DNA of 59,287 nt, counting the filler, from Platydemus manokwari (lineage: Eukaryota): assembly GCA_037951405.1 (NCBI GenBank). It is 5 parts of 5 records of this genome, joined end to end, with 100 filler letters (N's around TTAATTAATTAA, not from the genome) between each part and the next. Parts side by side here need not be neighbours in the genome. Positions count along the whole stretch, not along the records: positions 30,827 to 40,150 come from JBBMOY011264540.1; positions 40,251 to 49,139 come from JBBMOY011333873.1; positions 49,240 to 59,287 come from JBBMOY011174655.1; 2 more parts are not named here. One strand, written 5' to 3'. Position numbers and translations under genes: made by a program. The notes under the pieces were generated by a model, which had not been told where the DNA came from, searched no databases, and saw only the letters and a list, made by a program, of their open reading frames with translations. Shown piece by piece: positions 37,272-51,308 of the stretch; position 1 is the first letter of the stretch; the number at the start of each line of letters is the position of its first letter.

Positions 37272-38190
37272 TTGGGTTGGTGCTTAAGTTCGTGATTTTC
37301 TTAACATTATAACAAATGCATACTGATCAAGGATAAAAACCATGCTAAAAATTTCTGATAACAGAATGAATTTATGAAATCTTTATAAAAAACTAAAACC
37401 ACAGTGTTAATTGGTGAGATATTCTCTACCACAATGGATCATTTCCTTCCACCGTTTTGGTAGTTTGTCAATTTCACGTTTTTAGAAGCTCGCTGATTTT
37501 TGGTGGAAAAACTTGTCAATCTACGTTGTTATTGCTTCTTCGTTTTCAAATGTGAGACCAGAAAGATCGTTCGATATGGAATGGACAAGATGAACATTAT
37601 GTTGGATTAAGTCGTACGAATATGAAGGATAGGGAAGAACTACCCAGCCAAACTATTCAGTAGCCAACTTTGCCATTATTGCGACATGAGGCCGAACATT
37701 GTCATACTGTAAAATTATCTACTTCTTATTGGTCCTCTTTGCTTTGATTGCAGTGTTAACTCGGTTGAGTTGTTCACAATAAAGTTCGGCATGGATTATT
37801 TTGATTCTTGGCAATATTTCGTAATGTATAATACCAAATTGGTCCCACCAAACACACAACAAGATTTATCGTTTGTGAACTTTGGGTTTCGCATGTGATT
37901 GTGCTTGCTTTTGAGGACTGACCTAACCTTTCTGTGTTTCAAATTTACACATGTGTGCAGTTTGTTAACTGACTACCTTTTCTCCATAAACGCAACAAAT
38001 CATCCTCCATCTTTTATATGTTGATTAAAACAGAAAAGGAGTTTTAATGAGGATAATGAAAGTGAAAGTTAGTCTAAAATGATTTAAATAGACAATCCAG
38101 CTGAATGAATATAACTCAAATCAGTTAAAACAAGAAATTGGTGTATTCTTTGCAACAAATAAAGCCGCGCGAATTTATGAACCAACTTAA
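37272..38190 (-). mobile_element. Internally deleted mariner transposon with both TIRs and TA target duplication
   Basis: TA|TTGGGTTGGTGCTTAAGTTCGTG ... CGCGAATTTATGAACCAACTTAA|TA. Minus strand reads LLCVWWD, QYDNVRPH, GWVVLPYPSYSYDL and IDKLPKRW. Confidence 0.92.
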
Positions 38191-39964
38191 TATATATAAT
38201 AATATTAATTTAAATTTGTACTTTTTAAATTTGTTTATTATTATGCTCTTAGTAATAATCTATACCAATCCTTGGTGCAGAAAAATATATAATCATTATA
38301 TATAACGAAAAGCATTATATATAATAGTTATTATATATTATCATTATTAAATATATCCATCATTATATATTTTCGATTAATTTTTATATTTAATTATTAT
38401 TTTTTTTATAATACTCATCTGTTCGCTTTGTTCATCACAGAATAAAAATTAAAACAAAAATTATAAAAAATCAGTTGACACTTTAAAAAATTGCTGGAAA
38501 TTTGAATAAAGGCATCAAAATAAATATTTTTAGAATTTTCTTTATATTTTATGTTTATCGATTAAATTGAAAAATAGTTAAAAATTAATTTTAAAAACGA
38601 CACGCATCTCATGCAAGCAAATATTTTTTGAAATGAATGTTTTAAAATAAAGTGTTTTTTCTCCACAGTACCATTAAAAAAATTAATTAATAAAATAGGG
38701 TTTATTTTAGATGTTAATCAATTCAGAAAATTCTAAAACACTCACAAAATTTAAGAGGATGTTAAATTTTTTCAAATTTACATGGGATTACAGAATAAAA
38801 AATTTCATTCACAAAGCATAGAAATTTATCTTTGGACTTTTATTTATCTGTGACTTTAATGGAACAAAGGAAGGGTGGATATATAAAAGAATCCTCTAAA
38901 AGATTATATTTTTCACTTATAAAATTATGAAAGAAACTGATACTAAAAATATCAAAGCAAGAAAAGATTACATTAAACATATTAGGAATACAGAAGAAAA
39001 TATAAAAATTAGAAGAAAACAACAATTGCAAAACTATGGGAACTTGGAAGTATTTTAATAATTTATAAACCATCAAAATTATAAAAGTAATTATAATGAA
39101 TTTTTGACCAGATCATCTAATATCCTTACCAAATATTTCTTAGGTTTTTATATTCATGGTGTGATTCTTGAGCTAATAAATCTTCATCTCGTAGAGGGAA
39201 GTTACCTCCGTCTCTCAAATCTGTGTTGTTGACTTGTTTATGTTTCTTCGTCTAATTTCTCAAAATTTTTCTTATTTGCGGAATCCCTAGCTTTTCTTCC
39301 AGCCTTGAAAAACTCTTGAACTTTGTTCAGTTATCTTTGATAGCTCTGACCTAAAACAATTGGATTAGAACTGGGATTTCTTCCTTTCATCTTTGTTAAA
39401 CCTTGATCTAATAGAATCTTTTCTTTCACAATACTTTAAAAAATCTTTCTAATTTTTATCTAAAAGTTGGATAAATTATTTATTTGGATACATCATGTGG
39501 CGTAGATATTTTATCAAATTCTATTTTCCTATTGATAATCTTTTGTTTGAATTAGTTGAATATCTAATTTTTCAGCTTAGTTATAATTATTAATAATTCT
39601 ATCAAAACTCTGTAGAGATTCTTGAAGAATCGTGCCCAGTTCACTAAAAAATCTACCGGAGTTTTTAATTTAAACTTTTGAAATGAAATTCTCCAAGATG
39701 ACAATAATTACTAAATTTATTTAAAAACTTATTATTGGTAACATATTGTTTCAAGTCTCTTTCCTCAAAATCAAAATATTTTAATTGAGCAGTTATATTT
39801 GCATTATCATTCGTACTATTTGTATGATATTCAAACCTTTTATGTTTGGCTTTATTAGATTTAGAAATCTCCTTATTACAAATCTCACATCAATAATACA
39901 ATTTTATAACTAAAAATTGGTGACCGTAAGAAAGGTAAATTCATTATTTTTTTGAAATCAAAGT

Positions 39965-40150
39965 AAAATAATATTTAATAATCATGAAAATATTTCTTTT
40001 TCTTCTAGAATGTTAATTGTTGGAAGTCCTGGATGTGGACAAATACAGTTACTTTTTAAAATGTTTTTAACAGCAGGATTTTTAGATTATGATAATTTAA
40101 TAATATTTTCAAAAACTGTTTATCAAGAAGAATATCAAATTTTATATCAT
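39965..40150 (+). pseudogene. A32/FtsK-like genome-packaging ATPase N-terminus (Polinton/adintovirus), cut by the contig end
   Basis: RMLIVGSPGCGQIQLLFKMFLTAGFLDYDNLIIFSKTVYQEEYQIL resembles R.LI.G.SG.GKT.LL...LDY..L..f.KsL.Q.EY. The Walker A Lys is lost. Confidence 0.8.
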
Positions 40151-40250
40151 NNNNNNNNNNNNNNNNNNNNNNNNNNNNNNNNNNNNNNNNNNNNTTAATT
40201 AATTAANNNNNNNNNNNNNNNNNNNNNNNNNNNNNNNNNNNNNNNNNNNN
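40151..40250. other. Artificial contig linker
   Basis: N44-TTAATTAATTAA-N44. Confidence 0.98.
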
Positions 40251-43200
40251 ATTTTATGTAGTTTTAAAGTAAGTCGATAATTGTAAATATTGTTGTTGCA
40301 AGCTCAATAATAATTAAAAATTTGTTTTTTAAAATTAAAATTTGAAAATTAATTGTACTTAAAAACTTTTATTTAATTTTCACCACCAGAATAATTTTAA
40401 ATCATAGAATTTTGATTTAAACTAGGTATATCATCGATTCATTATGTCATCTATAAAGTTTTCATCATAAAAATTCAATTGTAATGATTATTTTACAATT
40501 TTGGAATTTTAAAACAAGGTTTGAATTCGGATATTCAAAGATGATTTCTGTGATTAAACAAATACAGCATTATCCAAATTAGCAAATCTGACAAAATTTT
40601 TATTTGTTAATATTCAAAGTATAAATAAATAGATACATGAAGAAAATGTTGATCGGTTTCTTTGATTGAGAATTCTGGATTATTTCGCTTTTCAATGAAC
40701 ACAAATTTCTTATGTTTGCCATCTGATATTTTTAATGTTGTTTTTTATTAAAGATTATTTCATGTTTTATTTTGAACTAATTAATTCTAATTTCATTTAT
40801 TATTGAAATCAAAATACAATTGAACATCACTGAAATGATCCTGTATTGAAATTCATGAATTATAAAATGATGTATTCGGGATTACATAGGATACTGAAAG
40901 GACTACGAATCTGATATGTAGATAGTGTATCTGAGAAAATGATTTAGGATTCAATAATCAGACATTTATAATTCCTAAAAAAATTATTTCTGTAAATCTG
41001 AGCATTTTACGCATTAATTTTAATTTCACATTAATAACATTGACGTCTATAAATTTGTTTTCGTATAATTACATCACGATTTATAATTATTAATATATCC
41101 ATTAATTGATTTTTTAATGACACTGGATATTTCAACAGATCAGTATTTAATTCATCTCAATCATAACACTAATTAACAATGAACTTTATTTTTATGCCAA
41201 ATCAACATTGGATTAGTTGATCAATGAGCCACTTCATAATTAAAATTTGTATGTTTTGATCATAGAATTTTTCGTTATGAATCGAAGACTTTGAAACGAC
41301 GGTGATGAGGGCTTTAGAATATGTTTGGACGTTTAAAATCATTCATTGATTCGTTATAAAGATTTTTACGATCATCAAATGATGTTTTACTGAAACTTTT
41401 CGTTTTCTCTAAAAGCTCGAAAGACGTTAATTTGTCCAAAGAAATTTAATCAGTGCTGCAAGGATATTAAAATAACAAAATTAATAAAAACGTAAAATAA
41501 ACAACGGCTATGAGAAATAGGATTCGTAACATTGAACATAGGTTGATAAAAACATTTTTGGTAACACTTAGAAGTAGAAGACACATTAAATAAACAAGAA
41601 AGACCAAAATCCGTAACTATATAGAAGAAACAAACATAATGTATCAAAAAATAATCTACAACTCTTAAATAACTATATAAGCAAGAAATAAGGATCACAA
41701 GGACGCAATCTCAATACATGGTAGACTCAATTCCATTATATTGTGATATTGTTTGTCGCAATTCATTTCTATCAAGACACAACAATGATTATAATACAAT
41801 TATTCTGTTATTTTGACAATTTCAAGCCACAATATCATGATAGCGACGATTGAAGTAGATAATTTGACACCTTATCATTATATTGGAAATTGATGACATT
41901 TTACAACATTGCTGATTTCTGATTAATGCAATTTTGTGATTATAGCAACAAGTTATTGTTTTAATTGAAGATCAACCATAGAATGTTTCTATGATTTCAT
42001 GAATACTTTAAATCAATAAATATAAGTCTAGGAACATCTTTTCATTTTCATTTTTTTCTACCGAAAGTTGACTTGTAATTAAACGGAATGCCTTTATCAT
42101 CATCATTGATGGTGTTTCAAACAACTTAGAATTTTAAGTAATTGTGAGAGATTGTAAAATTCTTATTGTATGAAACGAAATAAATCATTGTCCTCTGCTG
42201 TCTTGTTTTCATTACCATGTTTATGATATTATTATTAAAACGAAGTCCAATCTGTTAAGATATCCAAGACATTGACATTAATTATTTATAAGAATCTTCA
42301 ATAGTATGTTTTTAATTAAAGATAGAGATATTCAGAAATAATTTTAAAATTGGATGTATTATTTTTACTTAAAAATGGTTTAGGTTACCTGATAGTACTC
42401 AGTTCATAAAGTGGTAGTCTTCTTATAATTTGAGTTTCACACAAAATAAAAACACAAAATAGGCAATTTTAAAATTGCATTCAAAATAACGCCAATGCTG
42501 GATCTCTAAGATAAGATTCAAATTAATAATTGATGTCAAACCAAATTAGGACTTCATTCAGAAACGATTTTGTGATATCAACGCAGAATCTATTTATGAT
42601 TGTACAGTGATATGCAATCTTCGCCTACATTAACACTTAAATTTTAGCAAATAATTTGATAAAATCAATCTTGCTTGTTTGTAGTTTTTCCTGAATTACC
42701 AAACGACACTGTTTTGCCATTCTTTAATATTTATTTCTCGGACTTCATCCATTTGGTGCACAAGGAAATTCCTTCATTTCTCGCTAAGTTATTATTAATT
42801 TATAATAATCAGCTTAATTATGATATTCGATTATTTCTATCTACACCGATTATATTGTTTCCTTAATAATTTGTTTTAACATTGATATTCCTATTTTAAA
42901 AACGTGTTAGTTATTTATTCGTATTCACTGATTTCTAAATTATTAATTATTATGTCCTTATTGGAAACCCATGTCCTACTTGAACGATCGTTTACTTCTA
43001 TTTAAGATTTTGTTCAATTTTCTGTTAATAATCCATAATTATTATTTCACATTTGGTTAAAATTTTTATTAATTATTGAAGGTTAATATTTCACATCTGG
43101 GGTTTTTCTTCTTAATTTCGTGCTTTACATCAATACAAGCAGATATGTTCTTCAAAACTATCAGTAAAATAACGGGTTATTTAATACAATTCAACAAAAC

Positions 43201-44530
43201 CCTAGATTCGTAATATTAGAATTTCTATTGAGGGAAATTCTTTAAAAATGTGCACAAAGATCTGAATCTTTTTTTCAAAGAAAGATTATTTGAAAACATA
43301 ATAATAGTTCATATTTTCATTCCAATAATTTGTAAGCTACAAATAATTGAAAATTTTACATAGAAATTGCTAATTTCAATAACTTATCTCCATTTTAATG
43401 GAACAGTTGTTATTGGATCAAACCAAAGTAAAAATATCCACCCACAAACATAGAAAAATGTTATCCACCTTTAAACTAATTATGTTTTTTCCATAAAATT
43501 TATGAATAGATAAATTAAGAATCATCCACCTCATTTTTAATCATCAAAGATTGTAGTTTTTATAAAAAGCTCGGATTTATCCAAATCTCTTACGAAATCA
43601 AATAGTGTTGTTCTTAATATTATAGCAAGACGATTCTTAACTTTCCAATTCATTAATATTAATTACGGCTTAATAAGAAATTCGAATTATCTACTTATTC
43701 AATAAAGTTTTCCATATACATATTTATTATGCTTGAACTTCCTCTTCTTTTAACTCAGTCGAATACGATTCTTCAACCAGGAACATATTTGGATGCGATG
43801 CTTTTCAACAACTCCGAGAAGAGTACAACTTAAAATTTTTCTAACAATATCACTTTAATCTCTACACTAGTTTACATTATATTTAAAATCTAAATGGTCT
43901 TTAAGAGCCGCATAACATTTTAAGACATCGAAATAAATAAAAAATAAGCTTATGAATATTGACATATATTCATTGAAACAATCTCTTCATGCACAATCCA
44001 TACATTTATCTTTTTAAATAACTAAACTGATAAATAATTGATGCATTGTAATAAATGCCAGTTTATGTGAACGTGTTATTAATATTTAATTTGAGATAAG
44101 CTTTAATTGTATCGATAGCTGCATTAAACAAAAAAGTTGTGTTGCGGCTGATTTTATATATTTTGCTGGTTCTAGGGGCTTCAACAACTGATTTGACGAC
44201 CAATTTGCTGGAAAATGATTTGATTTTAACATAATAAGTAAGCACAGAGACACCGAGTTGCTATGGACATGAAATATAATTAAGCGGTTATGAAATCCTG
44301 CTTTAATAAGCAACGTATAGAATAACAAATGACCTATTTAAATGTTTAACTTTAGTGTCTACAAAATCAACTTTGGTTACCATGTACTGATAACAATTTC
44401 GTTAATTTAGAGAGTGGTTACTGAAACAAAAGGCAAATATAAACTCTCACAATATTTAATATTAAAAAGAACAACAAAAATATTATTTCAGTGTCCCGTA
44501 CCTCGCCTCAGCGATTAACAAGAACATCCG

Positions 44531-45300
44531 TGTAACGAACGAAGATATTTAATTACAAAAGCAGAATTAGTTGTCGACAGTCGATAAATGATTAACAATT
44601 AATTTAATATATCATAAATGATTATTAATGTTACAATTAATTATTAATTACTAAAAGTAAACGTTAAATGAAATCAGTGAAAATAACTTTACTTCAAAGA
44701 ATTAACTCTTACTATGTTTTTGGAATTCCAAAAAAGACAATCAGTTGATCCTAGCAATTGTAGACAAATTCCAACGATGTATTCAAAAAGTGAGGCTTGT
44801 ATACTATCCGCTAATGTTTTATTGCGTTCTTCTATTTCCGTCCGTCAAAGTCTTATTAATTAATGAATAGATTCCAAAAGTTCGATTTATTTTTCGCTGT
44901 GGTTAATTGTGGTGGCTCACCGATCGACCAGCGCTGCTATTTATTGTCGGCTGATCGCACTTATTTTTCTCACTTAAATAAACCGGGGATTTTCTCAAGT
45001 AATTCTACTTGATTTTTTTAATGGACTATTTTCTCGTGGTCCATTCCGCACATTTAATCTATTTAATTAACTATTTTGTTTTGTCACGATTTCTTTACTT
45101 AATCGTCTACCTTTCCCACGATTATTTTTAATTAACCCAATTTACTTTATTTTGCACTTTTATATTTTGTATTTTTCTTTATTTACTTATTTTATTTGCT
45201 TTTAATTTCATTTATTACACTATTTTGTTTTATTATTAATATTATCATTATTAATATTATTGTTTATCCGTTCTGTCGACACATATTCTCCGCCTCTGCC
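44531..45300 (-). mobile_element. Putative 3' LTR (~44531-45283) and PPT of the minus-strand Gypsy element
   Basis: On the minus strand, purine tract AGGCAGAGGCGGAGAA precedes TGTGTCGAC..., and the segment ends ...GTTCGTTACA. Confidence 0.55.
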
Positions 45301-45629
45301 TATCTCGTCCGTATTCACAATCTTATAAAATTACACAATAAAAATTGTTTAACAAAATAATAAAAAATGATTCACAACAGTTAAATTACACCAATTGATT
45401 ATTGTTGTTATCAAAACTGTTAACAGCAATTCATAATATTAAGAATCAGTTTTTAGTTATTGATGAAGCAATAATGCTGGATTGTCCTCCTAGAGCGTTC
45501 TTCTTCTGATCAGACTATAATCAAGGTTATTTTATGTTTTAATTTGTAGGGTTATATACTATGTTTTATGTATGTTTTTACTATGTAGGGTGCTAAATAT
45601 AATATGTACACAAAATGTAATGTTTGATT

Positions 45630-47473
45630 AGCATATGTCAGGAGTTATGTCATCGATAAAGACAATGACCTCTTGTTCTTCTTTCATTGTCAATGTTTTC
45701 CTCAGGAAACTCAGGCTTCAATCTAATGCCTCAAAGAGTAATTTTCTCTCGTTTACTATAGGGTTTATAGGTATCTCATTTATCCACTCCCGTCCTTCAA
45801 CCATTCTCTGCTCTATTGCAAAAATGGACAGGAGGTCTGATACGCTAATTATAGCGCTTCTATAACTTCCTAATGCTATAATCCTTCTTTCTCAGTCTTA
45901 TCTTTAGGGAAGATAGGGCTTCCACATCATGATTATCAGTCCCTATCCTAATTGTTATCCTTGGGGTTGCAGCGTGTATTATTAATCGGTGTGTTTCTAT
46001 GGGGTTATGCTGTAACAGTTCCTCCAGCTGGAACCGTGTTTGGTTTATTGAATATATTATGGTAAAGACTCGGTTACTTTTTGTTGGGTAGTTCCCTTGA
46101 TTATAGACTGTTGTACTGCTCTGTAGAAGCGATTGGGGTAGCTTGCTATTTGGGTTTGTTTTACGTACAAGGCTGAAATACAATACATTAATCTTTATTT
46201 AAATGTTAATTATAGGTGAATGACAGTGATTGATGACAACGCTTACTCTATTTATTGTAATGGTTGACTCTCAGGAACGATTCCTCCTCTGCAGTGGCTG
46301 ATATCGCTATTAGGTCATAATCTCAGCTTCAGTCTTTGCTTTGCTGATTCATTTTATTTAATTTTATTAATTTCACCATATGTTCATTTTATATTTAAAA
46401 TGATACATTTTAATTACTGTTACTGTTTATAGGTGCCGTTTGCATTTTATTTTTTCATATTGAGTTTATTATAGTTAACATTCATAGCTTTATAAATAAC
46501 ATTTATATTGTTTATAAATATCAATATTCAGACACTAGCTATTTACACAACCTATACTTTCGTTTACAACTCCGTCTCCAAGACCCCATCATACGTGGTG
46601 ATTTGGGTCAATATCTTCTTCTTATTCTAATATAATTTCCCGTCAATATTGTTGCTGTAGTCATTGTTACGGCCAAGATTACTCCTCCTATTATAGTCAT
46701 TATAGTTTCCAATGAAAATGCAACTTCCTCGGCACTCATGGTCGTCGCCTGATACTCTTTTATTGTTGTGGTTTGTTTTTCACTTGTTGTTGTTAGCATT
46801 AATTTTGTTGTTTACTATTCCTTTCCCTGCTTGTATATAATCTTTTGTCGTGATGTACTTTATTATCTAAAGTTATTCCTCCTATCTGTTCATAGAAATA
46901 AACGTCAACTTTGATTTTTGATTGTTCTACCGGTACCATTGTTTGCCCTTGTGTTCCATTGGTTATCACTACCTTTGCATTATTCATGTAAACCCGCGCC
47001 ACTAGACATTCCATTTTTATCCATATTATCTCTATTCCCGATTTTTTTGATTTAACGTACACTCTACCCTCTATATCTGGCGTCTGTACTACCACTTCTC
47101 TTGGTTTTTTTTCCATTGTTATTTGTAACTGATAAACTTCCCTGGCTTGGACCTTCCTTATCCTTATCTTATGGTCATCAAATGCCTCCATGTGTAGCAT
47201 GCGGTTATCCCTATTGCTTTTACCACAGCATGACTTGCCTTTAATATTTTCCTTCTTTCTTCTGTCACTGCTTCTCTTTCTTCCGCATATTTTTCCGACT
47301 TCTTCTACTAACTTTACCTTTGTTAACTGTGATTCTCTTAATTGTTCTTCTAATTGTCTTATTCTATCTTCCTCCTCTATTAATTCATTGTATATATTTT
47401 CTTTATCCACTTGTTCTAGCCATGACTGCTCTTCTTCGTTTTCTTCTCTTTGATTTTCTATTACCATTATCAT
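45630..47473 (-). CDS. Accessory ORFs between integrase and 3' LTR (224 aa; 63 aa with Thr-rich stalk and TM helix; 107 aa plus continuation)
   Basis: ORFs 46799-47473, 46608-46799 and 45860-46183 lie on the pol strand. The TM segment IMTIIGGVILAVTMTTATILTG is followed by the basic RIRRRY. Confidence 0.55.
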
Positions 47474-47512
47474 TTTCTGAGTTGCTTTTGGGTTTTGTCG
47501 AAGTTTATTCTT

Positions 47513-49015
47513 TTATTCTGGTGTTGGTGTGTCTTCTGCTTTCTTACATCGGTTTACATGTACCACCGTTGGATCCGCGTTCTTATTTTTAATAATATAT
47601 AAATTCGTATCGGTGACTTTTACTACCTTATACGCCCCTTTAAATGGTCGTTGTAATTTTGGCGTTAGTCCCTTTTTCGCTTCCGGGGCGTATACTCTCA
47701 CCTTATCACCTACCTTAAAATTATGCTCCTTTGCCTTTTGGTCATAGTAATCTTTATATTGTCCCTGTCTATATTTGTTACTTAATTGCGCCTTCTGGTA
47801 CACTTTACTTAATCTTTCCTTAATTATTGTAACATATTCTGGCTCTTCCATCAGCTGTGATGTCGCTGGTAAATAGGTTAGATCTATTGGTAGAAACGTT
47901 TCTCTTAAATACATTAGATAAAATGGTGAATATCCCGTTGTTTCGTTTACTGTTGTATTATATGCAAACAAGCATGGTCTTATGTATTTATCCCAATCGT
48001 TTTGTTGATAGTTTACAAAATTAGATAACATATTTGGTAGCATCTGGTTAAATCTCTCCTCCAATCCGTCAGTTTGTGGATGATATGGGAATGTATTTAG
48101 CTTCTTAATTTTAAATAACTCTGTTGTTTCTTGTATAAAATTACTCAAAATATCCTTTCCTCTGTATGTTAGTATTTTTCTTGGTGCTCCGTATTTAAAT
48201 ATTATCTCTTCTACCAGTATTTTTGCTATGGTTTCCGCTTTATGGTTTTCTGTTGCAAACGCTTCTGCTGTCCTGCTGAAATAATCTCAAAAGACTGTTA
48301 TATATTTATTCCCCTTAATTGTTGTTGATAGTGGCCGCATGACATCCATGGCATATAATTCCATTGGCATTGTTGCAGGAGGTATTGATTTCAAGGGAAC
48401 TTTCCTTTTTCTTCCCGTATTTCTTCTTGTTACACACAACATGCATGGCTTACACCATTGTTCTATACCCTTATTCATATTCTCCCAATAATATTTCTTC
48501 CTTATTTTTCCTAAGCTTTTCTTCTTGGATAAATGTCCTCCCAATGCTCCATCATGGTACACTAATAACAACTGTTATTGCATCTCTGCTGGTATCAACT
48601 TTAGTAAATTTACTCCATCTTGATATTTCATGATTCCATCCGCTGTTATCTGGTATCCCGCCGTTATCATTTCGTTATCCGTGATTACTCCTGTCATTTT
48701 ATTTTCTTCTTGCCTTCTTATTATATTCCTTCTAATCTTTTTCAGGCGGATGTCTCTTATCTGTGCTTCCTTGACCTCTTTCTCTCCTGTTGCTTTTAAC
48801 ATGTTATTCACAAAGGCTTCCACCGCATTTATTTTTAATATTGATTTTTCCTCCTTATGCTCTGGTATTTGTGATAATGAATCTGCATTCGCGTTTGATT
48901 TTCCCGATCCGTACACTATTTTTATGTTATTATATTTTATTAGTCTGCTCGATGTGTCCTTAAGCTTCATAAGGCTTTCTAATGGCTTGTGATCAGTTTT
49001 TAATGTTATCTCCGT

Positions 49016-49017
<2 letters not shown>
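47513..49017 (-). mobile_element. Ty3/Gypsy pol remnant: RNase H end, integrase (HHCC, core, GPY/F)
   Basis: TDHKPL...NANADSLS; HDGALGGH...YYW...C..C; YHPQTDGLEERFN; WD..I...LFAYNT...TTGYSPF; FKGAYKV. Several frameshifts. Confidence 0.95.

Positions 49018-49069
<52 letters not shown>
49018..49069 (+). repeat. Compound (CA)n(TA)n microsatellite truncating the Gypsy pol
   Basis: Directly visible. Confidence 0.97.
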
Positions 49070-49139
49070 GTCTAAACTCCTTCGACGCGAATATTATTTC
49101 CAAACACTCTCTCTATATTTGAATAATTCTTTTCTTCTC

Positions 49140-49239
49140 NNNNNNNNNNNNNNNNNNNNNNNNNNNNNNNNNNNNNNNNNNNNTTAATTAATTAANNNNN
49201 NNNNNNNNNNNNNNNNNNNNNNNNNNNNNNNNNNNNNNN
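49140..49239. other. Artificial contig linker
   Basis: N44-TTAATTAATTAA-N44. Confidence 0.98.
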
Positions 49240-49343
49240 ACTCATTTTGAACCACAATTTTTGTAAACCTATCATAGTTTTGGCCCTTCAAATTTTAAAA
49301 AATCAGCAATGTGGCCTTTGCTGAAAAAGTTTGGAGACCTCTG
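49240..49343 (+). mobile_element. hAT (Charlie/Buster-type) transposon terminus
   Basis: ...ATGTGGCC...AAAAAGTTTGGAGACCTCTG, reverse complement CAGAGGTCTCCAAAC (cf. CAGGGGTCTCCAAAC TIR). Followed by the 8-mer ATTTATAA with a central TA. Confidence 0.7.
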
Positions 49344-51101
49344 ATTTATAATATCGATTCAATCCTTTAGTTGAGAGTTATGATAGGATTATGTTAATAA
49401 GGACCTATTAGTCGGTGGACTAATTGTAAATGATCATGAATTTGTATTCAGTGAGTAAGGTATCTGAATTCACAATTGAGCCAATTATTGAATGGAGAAT
49501 TCTAGATCTTATCTGATACTGATAAATAGAAACAATTAGGAAACCTGCCCATCATTGTTGGAGTTATCAATTGTTTTCTCAACAAATCTTCATAATCATT
49601 ACAAGTTATAAACGGTTTCCTATAATATTGTGGTGCCATATTAATAATTGTTTAAATTATTTTTCCCATTTTATTTGTATTGATGAAGTTGAAAATAGTT
49701 TGGATTTATAATTCTACTTATTTGGAAAAATCAAATTTGATGAATCAAGTGGGACCTTAATGTGGGACCAATTAGCTAATTATAATGAATATCATAATCA
49801 TAATATTTAAGGAAACCAAACTCACAAATAAAAGGAATTAGCTAAAAATAATAAAATAACAAATATTTATAAAAATCATCAAAAATCTGTCCAAATAATG
49901 ATTTTTAAACAAATATAAAAAATTATTCATTCGAAATGTTTCATTTGTCATTGAAAATATTTTCACCATTTTATAAACAAATTGTTGGAGTAAATGTTGC
50001 GTGAAATAATTTTCCCGATTTTTTATTAGCAAAATATAAATATCAAGCACAAATTGTTTTATTTTATAATTTCATTTTTATTAAAATAATTTTTCAATTC
50101 GAGACTGCTAGTTACCTGAACATTAAGCCGTTTCTTTAGCAATAACGTCAAATAAATTGGGATTTCATTACTGTAATATATTTAAAATCAACTCCAAATG
50201 GATTGTGATCCTCAAGAAAAACCATAAATACTCTCAAAGGCTAGAAAATAAACGGAATTCAGAAAACAAAACGACAAGTGTTATCAATTTTATAAACATT
50301 CCTGAATTAATCATCAAGACAGATGAAAATTTTCTGTATAATATAGGCGATTAGGATATATGATATAATGGCTGGTTTGCAATATTCGAGCCATCAATTT
50401 ATGCTAGTGACTAAAATTTTTCTAAGAGATAAGCTCATTTATATCAAAACGGATGAAAGATTTTTTCCCAATATTCCATCAAATAGATGTTCAAACATAT
50501 GTTTTGTATAGGCAATCGATAAAAACAGCCTTATCCTCATTGAAATTAAAGATGGAAATTTTCTCAAAATACTCTCCGCACTTTCTTCAATTAACTCATA
50601 AGGTTTATTTCAATAACGTATGAATTGATAGTGGGGTCCTGATTGTAAATTCAGTCCAAGAAGTAATACATCTATCTCCGTAGCAAATTTTTAAACTCAA
50701 CTGAATAGATTTTCAGTAAACTCTGATAATTCGATAAAACATAAATTTGACAATTTGGAAGTGATTATGTTTTAGAAATTTTGTTTTTGATTTCAACACA
50801 CGAAATGTGAATATTTTCTTTAATTAATATTGTTAGACAAATATAATTATTTGTTTTTATGAATTATTTTTTAACTTTATTATTTGGGTACTTTTCTGAA
50901 AGGTTTTAAAAAGGCAAATATGCCACTACCAAACGCGTGCGCTTTCGCTACCTGAATGCGTGGCTCATATAATTAAATAATAAACTTGATTGTAAACATC
51001 AGTGTAATTATGTTCCATGTGAAAATAATATATTTTCAAAATTGACATCTTTACCGTATCCATTATATAGTGTTTTCTAATCGACAATGATTGTTTCATA
51101 G

Positions 51102-51308
51102 GATGACAACAATCACAATCAAACTAAACGTAAAAGTATTTATCAAATTGAAATACATGACATTCAATGCATCTATCAATGGCTCAAACATGTCTCCTTG
51201 GATTCATCTAAGTCCCTCCCAATCGATATCGAGAATCCAGCTCAACTCATACTAGATGCAGAAGCCCTCTGCAAATCGTTCGACAAAAGTGGTCAATACG
51301 ATTTTTCG
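51102..51308 (+). CDS. Exon resembling the helical domain C-terminal to JmjC in KDM2/JHDM1 demethylases; partial
   Basis: A 207-nt open exon, TTTCATAG|...|GTAAGA. IEIHDIQCIYQWLKHVSLDSSKSLPIDIENPAQLILDAEALC resembles KDM2 FELEGLRCLVDKL....KKCVPTGIED..ALI.DVK.LL. Further candidate short exons lie at ~51758 and ~51911. Confidence 0.5.

Noticed and set aside
47190-48992. Plus-strand hydrophobic ORFs over the Gypsy element
   Set aside because: Antisense shadows of a purine-rich coding strand.
48575-49048. MCVCVCVC N-terminus suggesting a Cys-rich motif
   Set aside because: Translation of the (CA)n microsatellite.
21333-49239. Four identical TTAATTAATTAA palindromes inside N-runs
   Set aside because: These are six-frame-stop assembly linkers, not biology. 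ORFs running into X residues are artefactually extended.
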